Source of the DNA: a virus
Length of the DNA stretch: 33,631 nucleotides
IMG/VR virus record: IMGVR_UViG_3300048598_000014
Span: 1-33,631 of that record
Reading direction: 5' to 3' (one strand)
The position numbers and the translations under genes are program-made. This document shows positions 15,473-24,463 of this stretch, piece after piece; position 1 is the first letter of the stretch; each line of letters starts with the position of its first letter. The notes under the pieces are model-generated. The model was not told the origin of the DNA, did not search any database, and was given only the letters and a program-made list of their open reading frames with translations.

Positions 15473-18400
15473 GAATAGCAACAAGCATCGACATCAAGAA
15501 TCTCCAGTCTCAGCTTGAGCAGATGAAATCAGACATCAAGAAAACATCTGACGACAGCAAGAAGGACTTGTCACAGATTGCAACGCAGTTCGCGGCAGTG
15601 GCGGCAAGCGCGGCAGTGCTAGTCAAGGCGGCACAGAAAGTCGGCGAGACGATAGACGCATACGCACAAAAGACAGATAGAATAGACAAGATGAGCCAGT
15701 CTCTAGGGCTGACGCGGAAAACGTTTCAGGAACTTGACTATGCATTCAAACAAAACGGAACTAACCTTGATAACTTCGGAATGGGAATGAAGTCGTTGCA
15801 GGAGATAACGGCTAAGGCGGCAACGGGAGCAGTGACCGCATTCGACAAGCTCGGTGTGTCCGTCAAGAACTCGGACGGCACTCTTAAATCACAGGACGAA
15901 ATATTAAAGGAGACGCTCAGCGCATTCAACAACATGCAGCAGGGAGTTGAAAAATCAACGCTTGCTACTGACGTGTTCGGAAGAAGCGCACAGGAGCTGA
16001 TGCCTCTGCTCAACCAGACGAGCGGAAGCGTTGACGAACTTCGTCAGAGGGCGCACGACCTTGGAATCGTTCTCGGCAATGACGATGTTGACGCAGGAGT
16101 GACATTCGGTGATGCGATGGACGACTTAAAGACATCTTTCGGTGCGCTTGCACAAGGTGCGTTCGTGCCGTTCATCTCATTGCTCACATCTATAACGAAC
16201 GGACTGACGAAGGCTGTGGCATGGCTCAACAGCGGAAGTGCCGCGGCAGAAGTGATAAAGGCGGCAGTAATCGGGATCACTGCCGCAATAGGAGCGCTCA
16301 TCGCAATATTCGTGGTGCTCCCTGCCGTCATTACGGCTGTGTCAACGGCATTCAAGATTCTCACTGCCGCCATGGCAAGTAATCCTATCGGAGCGATTGC
16401 CGTTGTAATAACAGCAGTGCTCATACCGGCAATTATCTATCTGTACAAAAACTGGGACAAGGTGTGTGTGTACATAGAGAAGTGGTGCGCCGAGCTGGGG
16501 CAGGACTTCAAGATTGTAGGCGCAAAGATAAAAGAGGGCTTTGTTGTAGGATTCAACGGTGCGAAGATTGCGGCACTGTCACTCGCGCAGATTATATTCG
16601 ACAAGGTTCTAGGGGCGGTTGCTAAGCTACTCAACGTCATGGGCAAGATGCCGTTTGTAGGGGACAACTTCAAAGCGGCGGCAGATGCAGTCACCGGATT
16701 CAAGGACGGACTTGACAATGCCGTCACATCTGCAAAGCAGGAGAGCGCGGAGGCGATAGCGGACAGCAAGGCGCAGACAGCAAGCGCGATAGCGGACAGC
16801 AAGGCTCGCATAGCGCAGATTGAAGAGGAGAGCAAGGCGCGTCTTGCCGCACTCAAGAAGGTTGAGGAAGAGGCACCGGCAGACACAAGCACCGGTACAG
16901 ACACAGGTACGGGAACGGGAACAGGCACAGGTACGGGAACGGGAACAGGCTCGGAAAGCGGAGAAACAGGCAACGTTGAACTAACGCGCACTCATATAGA
17001 CGTGCTCAAGGACCTCACCAAAGAAGAGGAAATCAATTCAAGCAAGGTGAAGGACGGATATATCACCGAGCATGACGAGCTAGAGAATAACATAAGCGCC
17101 ATAGGTGATGCGATAGACGAGATGTATACGATGGGAATAACTGCTGACGCAAGCGGAAATGAACAACAGCGCGCTCTTTCAGAACTAATAGCGAAGTACA
17201 AGTCATTGTCCAAACAAAATATAAATATCGGTCAGTTGTTCATTGACAACTTAAAGAAAGACATTTCCTCAATGAAGAAAAAAATATCTTCTGTTATGGC
17301 ACCGGTGCTGAACGGTCTCAAGTCAAGCGCTATATACAAAAAGTGCGCTGAGGTTGGAAGCGCTGTGTCTGAAAAAATCGGTGACGGAATAAGCAAGGCG
17401 AAGGACTACGTTGTCAAAGCATTGTTCGGTGTCACACGTGACGCGGCAACCGACAGTGCAATAAAGACGGCGCTCAAGAATGCGGGCAAAAATCTTGCCT
17501 CTTCGCTTGTGTCAGGGTTCACGGCTGTTAAAGACTTCCTGTCCAAGACATGGAGTGCGATAGACTGGATGGCGAACTTCGACCTTTCGTCTGCACAGAG
17601 CGCTGTCACTGAGTTTGTGTCTGGTCTTGGTGACTTCTTCATCAACGACCTCCAGAACTTGCCTGCGTTCTTTGATGCGGCAGTCGATGCCGTTGACAAC
17701 ATGGTCTCAGGTCTTGTGTCGGCACTGCCAACAATTAAAAAGAACATCATCATCTTACTAAAAAAAATTGCGGCATACCTGAAAGGCGATGGATTTAAAA
17801 CATTAATCAAAAACGTGCTGTCCATCATTGTGGGAATAGCAGAGGTGATCCTGGACAATCTCGGTGACATTGTGGAAGCAGTGCTTGAGGCTGTGCCGAT
17901 GATCATACTTGCTCTTGCAGACGCTCTGCCGGATATAGTCAAGGCGATAATAAGCGCCATACCGCAAATAGTAGTGGCGGTGGTCAAGGCCATACCTGCC
18001 ATTATCTATGCTCTTGGCGTGGCGTTCGGTAACTTGTGCAAGGCGATATTTGACATGGCGGTGGGCGCAGGAGACTACATCTGGCAAGGAATTGTTTCAG
18101 GATTTGAATCCGCAGGTGACTGGCTGTACACATACATCATATCTCCGATAGAGGGCGCGTTCAGCGCGATGTGTGACTGGATAGGCGGCATATTCGGCAA
18201 AATTGGAGACGCAATCGGCAGCATACTCAAGGCGCCTATCAACGGCATCATCGCGGCAATCAACTGGATAATAGACCAGATAAACAAAATCAGGATTGAC
18301 AATGACCTTCTGAACATACATGTAGGATTCTCCCTAGGACATCTCGACTATCTCGCAAAAGGCACTGACAACTGGAAGGGAGGAGAGGCGATTGTCGGCG

Positions 18401-18648
18401 AGAAGGGTCCTGAACTCGTAGACCTTCCTGCCGGCAGCGCGGTGCACCCTGCATCGGAAACGGCATCGCTGCTTTCCGGAATGTCCGCTCTCAGGTCAGG
18501 CTTCATGCCGTCACTTGCGTTCACATCTTCGGGAAGTGGCAATAGCAGCATGTCGGTGAACGTGTCACCGACCACTGTGCAGATAGACGGGCGCACTGTC
18601 GGGCGCATCGTGTATGAACAGATAGACAGACTGGCGGCAAACTCATGA
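15448..18648 (+). CDS. tape measure protein
   Basis: 1066 aa, helical and hydrophobic-rich. C-terminal GEKGPELVDLPAGSAVHPASET motif. Confidence 0.9.
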   Translation: MAEADGTIRIATSIDIKNLQSQLEQMKSDIKKTSDDSKKDLSQIATQFAAVAASAAVLVKAAQKVGETIDAYAQKTDRIDKMSQSLGLTRKTFQELDYAFKQNGTNLDNFGMGMKSLQEITAKAATGAVTAFDKLGVSVKNSDGTLKSQDEILKETLSAFNNMQQGVEKSTLATDVFGRSAQELMPLLNQTSGSVDELRQRAHDLGIVLGNDDVDAGVTFGDAMDDLKTSFGALAQGAFVPFISLLTSITNGLTKAVAWLNSGSAAAEVIKAAVIGITAAIGALIAIFVVLPAVITAVSTAFKILTAAMASNPIGAIAVVITAVLIPAIIYLYKNWDKVCVYIEKWCAELGQDFKIVGAKIKEGFVVGFNGAKIAALSLAQIIFDKVLGAVAKLLNVMGKMPFVGDNFKAAADAVTGFKDGLDNAVTSAKQESAEAIADSKAQTASAIADSKARIAQIEEESKARLAALKKVEEEAPADTSTGTDTGTGTGTGTGTGTGTGSESGETGNVELTRTHIDVLKDLTKEEEINSSKVKDGYITEHDELENNISAIGDAIDEMYTMGITADASGNEQQRALSELIAKYKSLSKQNINIGQLFIDNLKKDISSMKKKISSVMAPVLNGLKSSAIYKKCAEVGSAVSEKIGDGISKAKDYVVKALFGVTRDAATDSAIKTALKNAGKNLASSLVSGFTAVKDFLSKTWSAIDWMANFDLSSAQSAVTEFVSGLGDFFINDLQNLPAFFDAAVDAVDNMVSGLVSALPTIKKNIIILLKKIAAYLKGDGFKTLIKNVLSIIVGIAEVILDNLGDIVEAVLEAVPMIILALADALPDIVKAIISAIPQIVVAVVKAIPAIIYALGVAFGNLCKAIFDMAVGAGDYIWQGIVSGFESAGDWLYTYIISPIEGAFSAMCDWIGGIFGKIGDAIGSILKAPINGIIAAINWIIDQINKIRIDNDLLNIHVGFSLGHLDYLAKGTDNWKGGEAIVGEKGPELVDLPAGSAVHPASETASLLSGMSALRSGFMPSLAFTSSGSGNSSMSVNVSPTTVQIDGRTVGRIVYEQIDRLAANS
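16903..16950 (+). repeat. perfect 24-bp tandem duplication (acaggtacgggaacgggaacaggc x2) encoding a (TG)n linker
   Basis: Read directly. Protein segment TGTDTGTGTGTGTGTGTGTGSESGETG. Confidence 0.9.
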
Positions 18649-20636
18649 GCTTAAGCGTTCTTATCAACGGCACCGCATATACTGCGGAGTCACACTTCTC
18701 AATCAAACAGCAGGCGGGAGCAATCAGCGTGAGCGACATAGACGTACTCATGCCTGCGACTGCAAGCGTGCCTGTAGCCAAGCAGGCCGTTCAGATATTT
18801 AACGACGGGAACGCGTTCTTCTATGGATTCATCTCAAGCGTTGAGACGCCGGAATACTCCACAGGGCTGGAGGTCCAGCGTTATCGGCTTGAGATTAACA
18901 GCGCAGAAAGCGTTCTGAAGAATCGCCTGGTGACTGAAACGTTTTCGGGCGTATATACACATGATATCGTGCAGTCTCTTTTTGAGAATTATATTTCTGA
19001 AGAAGGTTTTGAATTCGGTGCGATAAGCACAACTACTCGATACTGGGAGACATGGAGTCAGTCGTACTACAATCTATATGATGCACTTGTTGAGCTTGCG
19101 GATGATGTCGGCGCTTTGTTTTATATAGCGCCGGACAAAAAGTTTTACTTCCTGTTGAAAACTGATCTGACACAAATTGATATGCCGGCACACGTCACGA
19201 AGTTGAAGCGCCATGAGAACGCAGACAGCATCATCACTCTGCAGACCATAGCAGGCGCGACAGAAGAGACCACCATACAGACAGAAACATTCTTGTGGGA
19301 TGTGAGCAATGAGACATACCAGAGCACCACCACTCTGTCATATCCTGTGTCAAGCATCACCGCATGTTACATCGGCCAGAAGACTGATACCGGAATGTCC
19401 TGGACATCCGTACTTTTCGGCGTGAAGAACGTGGACGACAGTGATACTTCTGTGACTTTCCTCTATGAAGAATCCAGTAACACCATCAAATTGAATGCAA
19501 CGGCAGTAACCAGACCGACAAGCAGCAATCCGTATATCAAGATAGTGTATGTCGGAAACTATGACATTATGGTGACCAACACTAACGAGACGTTGCAAAA
19601 AGAAATCGCAGCGCTCAACGGCACGAGCGGAAAGATTGAGGCGTATACAAGCGACAGCACCATTAAGACATTTGCTGATGCTAACACTGCGGCAATCAAT
19701 CTGTTGAACGAAAATGACGAATGGACCGAGGAGATAACGGCAAAGTGCCATTCGCTTGACGATACCTCTCTCTATACTGCATGGAAAATACAGAGCACTG
19801 AATCAAGAATTTCCGGCATATATGTGATTGTCGAACGCACCATAGAGGATTTCGGACCTGATAATTTTTTCATAACGGTGAAACTCAAAAACCGTTCGTT
19901 GTATTCAAGATACGGGACTTGTTTGAAAAATACCACGAAGAATAATGGAACGGACGTGCTCATCTACAAGACCGCGGTTTATACCGAAAAAATGTCGTTC
20001 TCAGATTCTTTCTTTGCAGAGTATGAGGCCGCGAACTGGGCTTACTACCCTTCAAGTGATTTGACAGACCCTATGCTTATAGACGGAATGACGGACACTA
20101 CATTCTCATGCATCCATACGCATGACGTAGCCGCAGTGCAAGAAACAATTGCAAAGAAAAATCTTATCACCAGCATATCCGACATCACATATGTGGACGT
20201 GAGAGCGAAGATTACCCTGGGAAGCATTGACGATGAGCTTAAGGCAACGGACGGAGTATACATAGTGTTCGATGTCACGGTTGCGACTCCATTCAAAACG
20301 ACCGGAAAGTATGGCAGCACGTACACGGAGCATTGGTATACTGAATCGCTGATACAGAATTTCCAGACTGCAAAAACCACACACAGGATAATTGTCAAGG
20401 CGACAATGTTTTCTTCGATGTCTTCCGCGTATCCATACATCATGCTACCTACAAGGTTATACGACACCAACGGGGCAATAATCTATGATGACATTGCCGT
20501 GTCAAACATAGCATGGTATGCAGATGTGGATGACGCTGTGATTGACGCTCTCAAGAACGATCCGCCATCATACGTGGCCCCAAAATGCACGGGCACATGG
20601 TGCAAACATATAACAGGAGTGACAATAAATGAATGA
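18645..20636 (+). CDS. distal tail / baseplate hub protein (Dit/Tal-like, 663 aa)
   Basis: ATGA overlap with the tape measure stop. Position and size only, no enzymatic motif recognised. Confidence 0.55.
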   Translation: MSLSVLINGTAYTAESHFSIKQQAGAISVSDIDVLMPATASVPVAKQAVQIFNDGNAFFYGFISSVETPEYSTGLEVQRYRLEINSAESVLKNRLVTETFSGVYTHDIVQSLFENYISEEGFEFGAISTTTRYWETWSQSYYNLYDALVELADDVGALFYIAPDKKFYFLLKTDLTQIDMPAHVTKLKRHENADSIITLQTIAGATEETTIQTETFLWDVSNETYQSTTTLSYPVSSITACYIGQKTDTGMSWTSVLFGVKNVDDSDTSVTFLYEESSNTIKLNATAVTRPTSSNPYIKIVYVGNYDIMVTNTNETLQKEIAALNGTSGKIEAYTSDSTIKTFADANTAAINLLNENDEWTEEITAKCHSLDDTSLYTAWKIQSTESRISGIYVIVERTIEDFGPDNFFITVKLKNRSLYSRYGTCLKNTTKNNGTDVLIYKTAVYTEKMSFSDSFFAEYEAANWAYYPSSDLTDPMLIDGMTDTTFSCIHTHDVAAVQETIAKKNLITSISDITYVDVRAKITLGSIDDELKATDGVYIVFDVTVATPFKTTGKYGSTYTEHWYTESLIQNFQTAKTTHRIIVKATMFSSMSSAYPYIMLPTRLYDTNGAIIYDDIAVSNIAWYADVDDAVIDALKNDPPSYVAPKCTGTWCKHITGVTINE

Positions 20637-21105
20637 GAAATTTAATGAAAAAAACAAGCTGCACGGACACTACACGATAGAGGCGTATGACAAGCATGGA
20701 AGACTGGTGGAAACATATGAAATTGACAATTTGTTAACAACATCGCTGTACACGCTCATCTTCAATGCGCTCAACTACGATGTAACAGCGCAGACCGCGA
20801 ACGCATTGAATATCAACTTTATGGCTACAGGGACGGGGACTGCTCCCCTTTCGCAAAGTGACACAAAGATGAGCGCTGAACTTTTCCGCAAGGCACCGTC
20901 AAGCAAAGCGGCAGGTGCCGGAATTTTCACCTGCAAATTTCTTCTTGCAACGACGGAGAGCATAGGGACAATAACGGAGCTTGGCGTGTTCTGCAACGGC
21001 ACGAGCACCGCCGACAGTGGGACTCTCATATCGCATGCATCTTGCAACATCGTCAAGACGGCGGCTGTTAAATATCTTATGACGTGGGGACTCACACTGG
21101 CATAA
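20629..21105 (+). CDS. hypothetical tail/baseplate protein (158 aa)
   Basis: Lies between the baseplate protein and the fibre. Overlapping start. Confidence 0.45.
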   Translation: MNEKFNEKNKLHGHYTIEAYDKHGRLVETYEIDNLLTTSLYTLIFNALNYDVTAQTANALNINFMATGTGTAPLSQSDTKMSAELFRKAPSSKAAGAGIFTCKFLLATTESIGTITELGVFCNGTSTADSGTLISHASCNIVKTAAVKYLMTWGLTLA

Positions 21106-21120
21106 ATTAAAGGAGAAACT

Positions 21121-22044
21121 ATGTATACAAAGCACGTATGGTTGCCGAGACTCGGCACGAAGTTGAACAGATATCTCAAGACGAACGACACGACAGAAAG
21201 TGTCGAACTCACAAACTCGCCAGACACGATTACGCAGGCAGGCACGCCGTTCAGCCCCGACATCATGAACGAGATGGAGGGCGGTATATCGATGGGTGCC
21301 GCCAACGCATCATACTTCGCCACGGAGACCACCGCAAGCGGGACGACAGAGGCAAAGACCGCAGGCGGTAGCAATGATATAGACTATGATGACAATCCGA
21401 TTATCGAAGTCATGATGTCGTATGCACAGCTGTATGACAACAGAACACTCGTAAGCGGAAGCACTGTCACGTATCAGAATACGATTCTTAAAGCGAACGC
21501 GCTTACACTGTCATATAACGGCGGTACCGCATATCCGATTAAAGGCGGGCGCGGAGAGTATCTTGGTATCGGTGCATGGGGAGCAGGGGAATTGCTTAGA
21601 TTTCGTTTCGTTGGAAGTTTAGCCGCTGGCGGTTACTGGTACTGTGAAAACGCACAAGCTATCATGCAGGGCGGAGATGAAACTAACGGATATTATACAA
21701 AGTATACGAACGGTCAGATTACACAACCGACACAACCAGACTGGAAGAACGCGGTAAACATATCATCCCACACAACAAAGACAAATTATTATACAGCTCC
21801 TACTGACGGATATGTAGTTACTTGTGGTACTGACTCGTATACAGCTAACGTATGGCTGTATGTATCAAATGACAATGGAACAAATTGGACATATTTAACA
21901 ATATTCTATACCGACGTGAATTCCAATACGAAGGGAAGTTTTGGAATTGTACCTATGAAAAAAGGAGATTTGGTATATGGAGCTCCTTTTGAAAAGTCTA
22001 CAATGTTTTCTTTTGTACCCCAATATACCTTGATAAAACCATAA
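21121..22044 (+). CDS. tail fibre / receptor-binding protein (currently expressed tip)
   Basis: N-terminal ...ITQAGTPFSPDIMNEMEGGI motif common to fibre N-termini. The last structural gene. AT-rich C-terminal third. Confidence 0.75.
   Translation: MYTKHVWLPRLGTKLNRYLKTNDTTESVELTNSPDTITQAGTPFSPDIMNEMEGGISMGAANASYFATETTASGTTEAKTAGGSNDIDYDDNPIIEVMMSYAQLYDNRTLVSGSTVTYQNTILKANALTLSYNGGTAYPIKGGRGEYLGIGAWGAGELLRFRFVGSLAAGGYWYCENAQAIMQGGDETNGYYTKYTNGQITQPTQPDWKNAVNISSHTTKTNYYTAPTDGYVVTCGTDSYTANVWLYVSNDNGTNWTYLTIFYTDVNSNTKGSFGIVPMKKGDLVYGAPFEKSTMFSFVPQYTLIKP
21707..21726 (+). repeat. recombination core site F (cgaacggtcagattacacaa) inside the fibre gene
   Basis: Identical 20-mer present in inverted orientation at 22261..22280, and 18/20 identical at 22499..22518. 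Confidence 0.85.
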
Positions 22045-22050
22045 GGGTAT

Positions 22051-22260
22051 TTATTGTCCTTCAGTTTCCCAATAATAATTTGAACCGTAGATGCTTCCGC
22101 TTAAAGTATACAATGTCATTGTACGGAGTGATGCCTTGGTTATTCTTTCTGTATAATTCGCCTTATCTCCATTGTAAGCAACAGAGTAAGTCGGTGTATA
22201 GAATTTTGAATAAGGTATTGGAAATGTTACCGTTATTCCTGTTCCTCCTGTAGTTCCATA
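22051..22260 (-). other. silent tail-fibre tip cassette 1 (69 aa + stop, no start codon of its own)
   Basis: The minus-strand frame continues from the core NGQITQ into YGTTGGTGITVTFPIPYSKFYTPTYSVAYNGDKANY...YYWETEGQ*. Same codon phase as the expressed gene. Confidence 0.7.
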
Positions 22261-22280
22261 TTGTGTAATCTGACCGTTCG
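22261..22280 (-). repeat. recombination core site C1 (inverted, 20/20 identical to site F)
   Basis: ttgtgtaatctgaccgttcg is the reverse complement of 21707..21726. Confidence 0.85.
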
Positions 22281-22282
22281 CA

Positions 22283-22498
22283 TTAATAACCTATTGTATA
22301 TAGGTCTACATAAATTCCCATGAATCCTGCGTTGTCACCAAATTTAACAGCGCTAGTTGTTTTCATCATTTTTAGAATATCAGGTCCCATGCTACTTGTG
22401 CCTGTATAACTAATAATTTCAAAAGATGCAAAATAGTTAGCAGACGTATAAATTATTAGTAAATTTTTAGATGCACCTGTGCTCAATCCGAATAGATG
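22283..22498 (-). other. silent tail-fibre tip cassette 2 (71 aa + stop)
   Basis: The minus-strand frame runs from the core NGQIVQ into HLFGLSTGASKNLLIIYTSANYF...VDLYTIGY*. This is part of ORF 22283..22618, whose upstream part runs through the invertase promoter. Confidence 0.6.
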
Positions 22499-22518
22499 TT
22501 GTACAATCTGACCGTTCG
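22499..22518 (-). repeat. recombination core site C2 (inverted, 18/20 identical)
   Basis: ttgtacaatctgaccgttcg. It differs from site C1 at two adjacent positions. Confidence 0.8.
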
Positions 22519-22583
22519 ATTTGATTTTGCAATTCAAAATAATTTTATATAATGTACACGGTGGAAGGAAAGGAAGATGATAG

Positions 22584-22839
22584 ATGATATACGGATATAT
22601 CCGCGTTTCCACCGACAAGCAGACAGTAGAAAATCAGAAATATGAAATTAAAAAATTCTGCCGTAGAAACAAAATAAAATTATCAGAAATAAATTGGATT
22701 GCAGAAACAATTAGCGGTTGCAAGTCTCCTAAAAAAAGAAAGCATGGTCGCACACCATCGAAGCATAAATTCAATAGCGCGTAGGTACGGGGTGGAGTGG
22801 GAGACTGTGCGGACGTACATAGACAAGCACATGAAGTGA
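22584..22839 (+). pseudogene. serine recombinase (DNA invertase) remnant with an internal deletion and frameshift
   Basis: N-terminus MIYGYIRVSTDKQ...ETISG matches the Hin/Gin/Cin catalytic start. The ORF stops after 66 aa. The +1 frame then encodes SINSIARRYGVEWETVRTYIDKHMK*, a resolvase-type C-terminal HTH. The central DRLGR-containing catalytic core is absent. Confidence 0.75.
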
Positions 22840-22847
22840 GCAAGGTG

Positions 22848-22875
22848 TTGATTTTTTATGAAATTGCAGTATACT
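22848..22875 (+). promoter_or_regulatory. possible promoter TTGATT-16-TATACT for the lysis cassette
   Basis: Hexamers read from the sequence. Confidence 0.35.
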
Positions 22876-22944
22876 AAAGGCGTACAAAATAATAAAACAA
22901 TCCGATAGGCGTATGCACGGACGCACACCGGAAGGGGAAAAACA

Positions 22945-23232
22945 ATGACGATAGGAGAAGGAATTGCAGTCGCATCCCTCGTGCTCACCGTGCTTATATC
23001 TCTCGTGACTCTTGCCGTGAAGGTTGGACGCTACGCAGAGCAAGTGAATGACTTAATCGAGCAGGAAAAGAAATACGACAAGAAATTTGACGAACTGTAC
23101 GCGGACAGAAACCGCCATGAGAACAAGCTGACGGAAATCAGCACGATACTGTGCTCTATAACCGAGAAGCTGTCCGCAATGGACACGAAGCTCGACAAAC
23201 TTGCGGAGGCTGTCAATGAAAGTCACCGCTAG
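22945..23232 (+). CDS. membrane-anchored coiled-coil protein (lysis-associated, holin/XhlA-like)
   Basis: N-terminal TM segment IAVASLVLTVLISLVTLAV followed by a charged helical region. Lies immediately before the endolysin. Confidence 0.5.
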   Translation: MTIGEGIAVASLVLTVLISLVTLAVKVGRYAEQVNDLIEQEKKYDKKFDELYADRNRHENKLTEISTILCSITEKLSAMDTKLDKLAEAVNESHR

Positions 23233-23803
23233 GCTTATCACACCGAATGAATACAGCAGGCCCCAGAAGAAAATTAATAAGGTTATGGCTGTCGTCATGC
23301 ACTGGACCGCAAACCCTTCGGCAGACGCAATCGAGAACAGGGATTTTTTTGACAGCAGAAAGACAGGCATGGGCGGCTGCGGCTCCGCTCACTACATAGT
23401 AGGGCAGAACGGAGAAATCGTGCAGTGCATACCTGAGAACGAAATTGCATATCACTGCGGAAGCTCTGAAATTGACCCGGAAAGCAGGAAAATATACACA
23501 GACTATGCCCGAATGAAGTTTGGAAGGTTCGCGATGCTCCCGAAGATAACATCGCCAAACTTCGTGACTATCGGAATAGAAATGTGTCCTGTCGACATGG
23601 ACGGAAATTTCACAGACGAGACTATTGTATCCGCTGCGGAGCTGTGCGCGGACATTATCGAGCGTTACAACCTAACGGCAGAAGATATTACAACTCATCA
23701 TGCCGTTGTAGGGTGGAAGGACTGCCCGAAGCTGTGGGTCAAGAAGCCTGAGCTTTTCGAGGCGTTCAAACTTACTGTATCGGATATTTTAAGGAGAAAA
23801 TAA
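23216..23803 (+). CDS. N-acetylmuramoyl-L-alanine amidase endolysin (Amidase_2/PGRP fold), single domain
   Basis: VMHWTANP...SAHYIVGQNGEIVQ...AYHCG...TIGIEMC...THHAVVGWKDCP motifs. ATG 23216 lies 6 nt after GGAGG. Confidence 0.85.
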   Translation: MKVTARLITPNEYSRPQKKINKVMAVVMHWTANPSADAIENRDFFDSRKTGMGGCGSAHYIVGQNGEIVQCIPENEIAYHCGSSEIDPESRKIYTDYARMKFGRFAMLPKITSPNFVTIGIEMCPVDMDGNFTDETIVSAAELCADIIERYNLTAEDITTHHAVVGWKDCPKLWVKKPELFEAFKLTVSDILRRK

Positions 23804-23804
23804 T

Positions 23805-24062
23805 ATGACAGACGAAACGACAGAAAAAACAGAGACAGGAATACATGCGAAGCCGGTGTCGCTCAATGCGCAGATAATCGCGGCTATATGGATCGCGCTT
23901 TGGAGCGGTGCAGGCTTCGTTTCAAAGATGGTTCACGGACTGGACATACCGATATGGGAGATAGTTACGTCAGGTCTTTCAATCGCTGCGTGCTTCTCTG
24001 CCGTGTACTTCAACCTTGTCATGGACAAGATTAAAGACTGGAAGTTGGGGGCGCAGGCATGA
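23805..24062 (+). CDS. holin (85 aa, two TM segments)
   Basis: Hydrophobic stretches IIAAIWIALWSGAGFV and IVTSGLSIAACFSAVYFNLV. Adjacent to the endolysin. Confidence 0.6.
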   Translation: MTDETTEKTETGIHAKPVSLNAQIIAAIWIALWSGAGFVSKMVHGLDIPIWEIVTSGLSIAACFSAVYFNLVMDKIKDWKLGAQA

Positions 24063-24316
24063 ATGTGTATGTGATACTTGGTATCGTCGGACTTGCGCTG
24101 GCTGTCTTTTTTGCAGTCGGTGCATTTTGTCTGAATGTCGGGGGAAAAAAGGCGGAAAGAAAAACCGTGGAGGCTTTGCAGAAATATGAGGAAGAACAGA
24201 AGAAGCTTGAACTTGAAAAAATCACCAGCAAGGAGAGCATGGAGACCGGCAGCGGCGCTTCTGATTTTGATGCTTCCATTGCTATCCTGCACCACGACAA
24301 GCCAACCGGACGTTAA
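24059..24316 (+). CDS. i-spanin-like protein (N-terminal TM + charged helix)
   Basis: MNVYVILGIVGLALAVFFAVGAFCL followed by KKAERKTVEALQKYEEEQKKLELEK. ATGA overlap with the holin. Confidence 0.5.
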   Translation: MNVYVILGIVGLALAVFFAVGAFCLNVGGKKAERKTVEALQKYEEEQKKLELEKITSKESMETGSGASDFDASIAILHHDKPTGR

Positions 24317-24461
24317 ACCAGAGGTAGTGTTTCCCGATCCGGTGCAGACGGACGGTACATGCGTGGTCAAGTATGACGCGCAGAGCGACACCGTTTCAAT
24401 GCCTCTATGGTACTGGAAAAAGATAGTGCGCTATGCAGTGGACACGGGCGGCACGCAATAA
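24186..24461 (+). CDS. o-spanin-like lipoprotein, starting in the +1 frame inside the i-spanin gene
   Basis: Basic n-region, hydrophobic AAALLILMLPLL, lipobox LLSC, then a Pro-containing mature part. Overlapped Rz/Rz1-style arrangement. The exact start is uncertain (ATG 24186 or TTG 24207). Confidence 0.5.
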   Translation: MRKNRRSLNLKKSPARRAWRPAAALLILMLPLLSCTTTSQPDVKPEVVFPDPVQTDGTCVVKYDAQSDTVSMPLWYWKKIVRYAVDTGGTQ

Positions 24462-24463
24462 AA

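Noticed and set aside
16891-16953. Short tandem repeat considered as a CRISPR-like or minisatellite element
   Set aside because: It lies in frame inside the tape measure gene and encodes a TG-dipeptide linker. It consists of two 24-bp units with no spacers.
22283-22618. ORF 22283..22618 (-) treated as an ordinary 111-aa gene
   Set aside because: Its first ~30 codons run through the invertase start codon and promoter. Only the part downstream of the 20-bp core resembles a fibre tip, so it is reinterpreted as a silent cassette.
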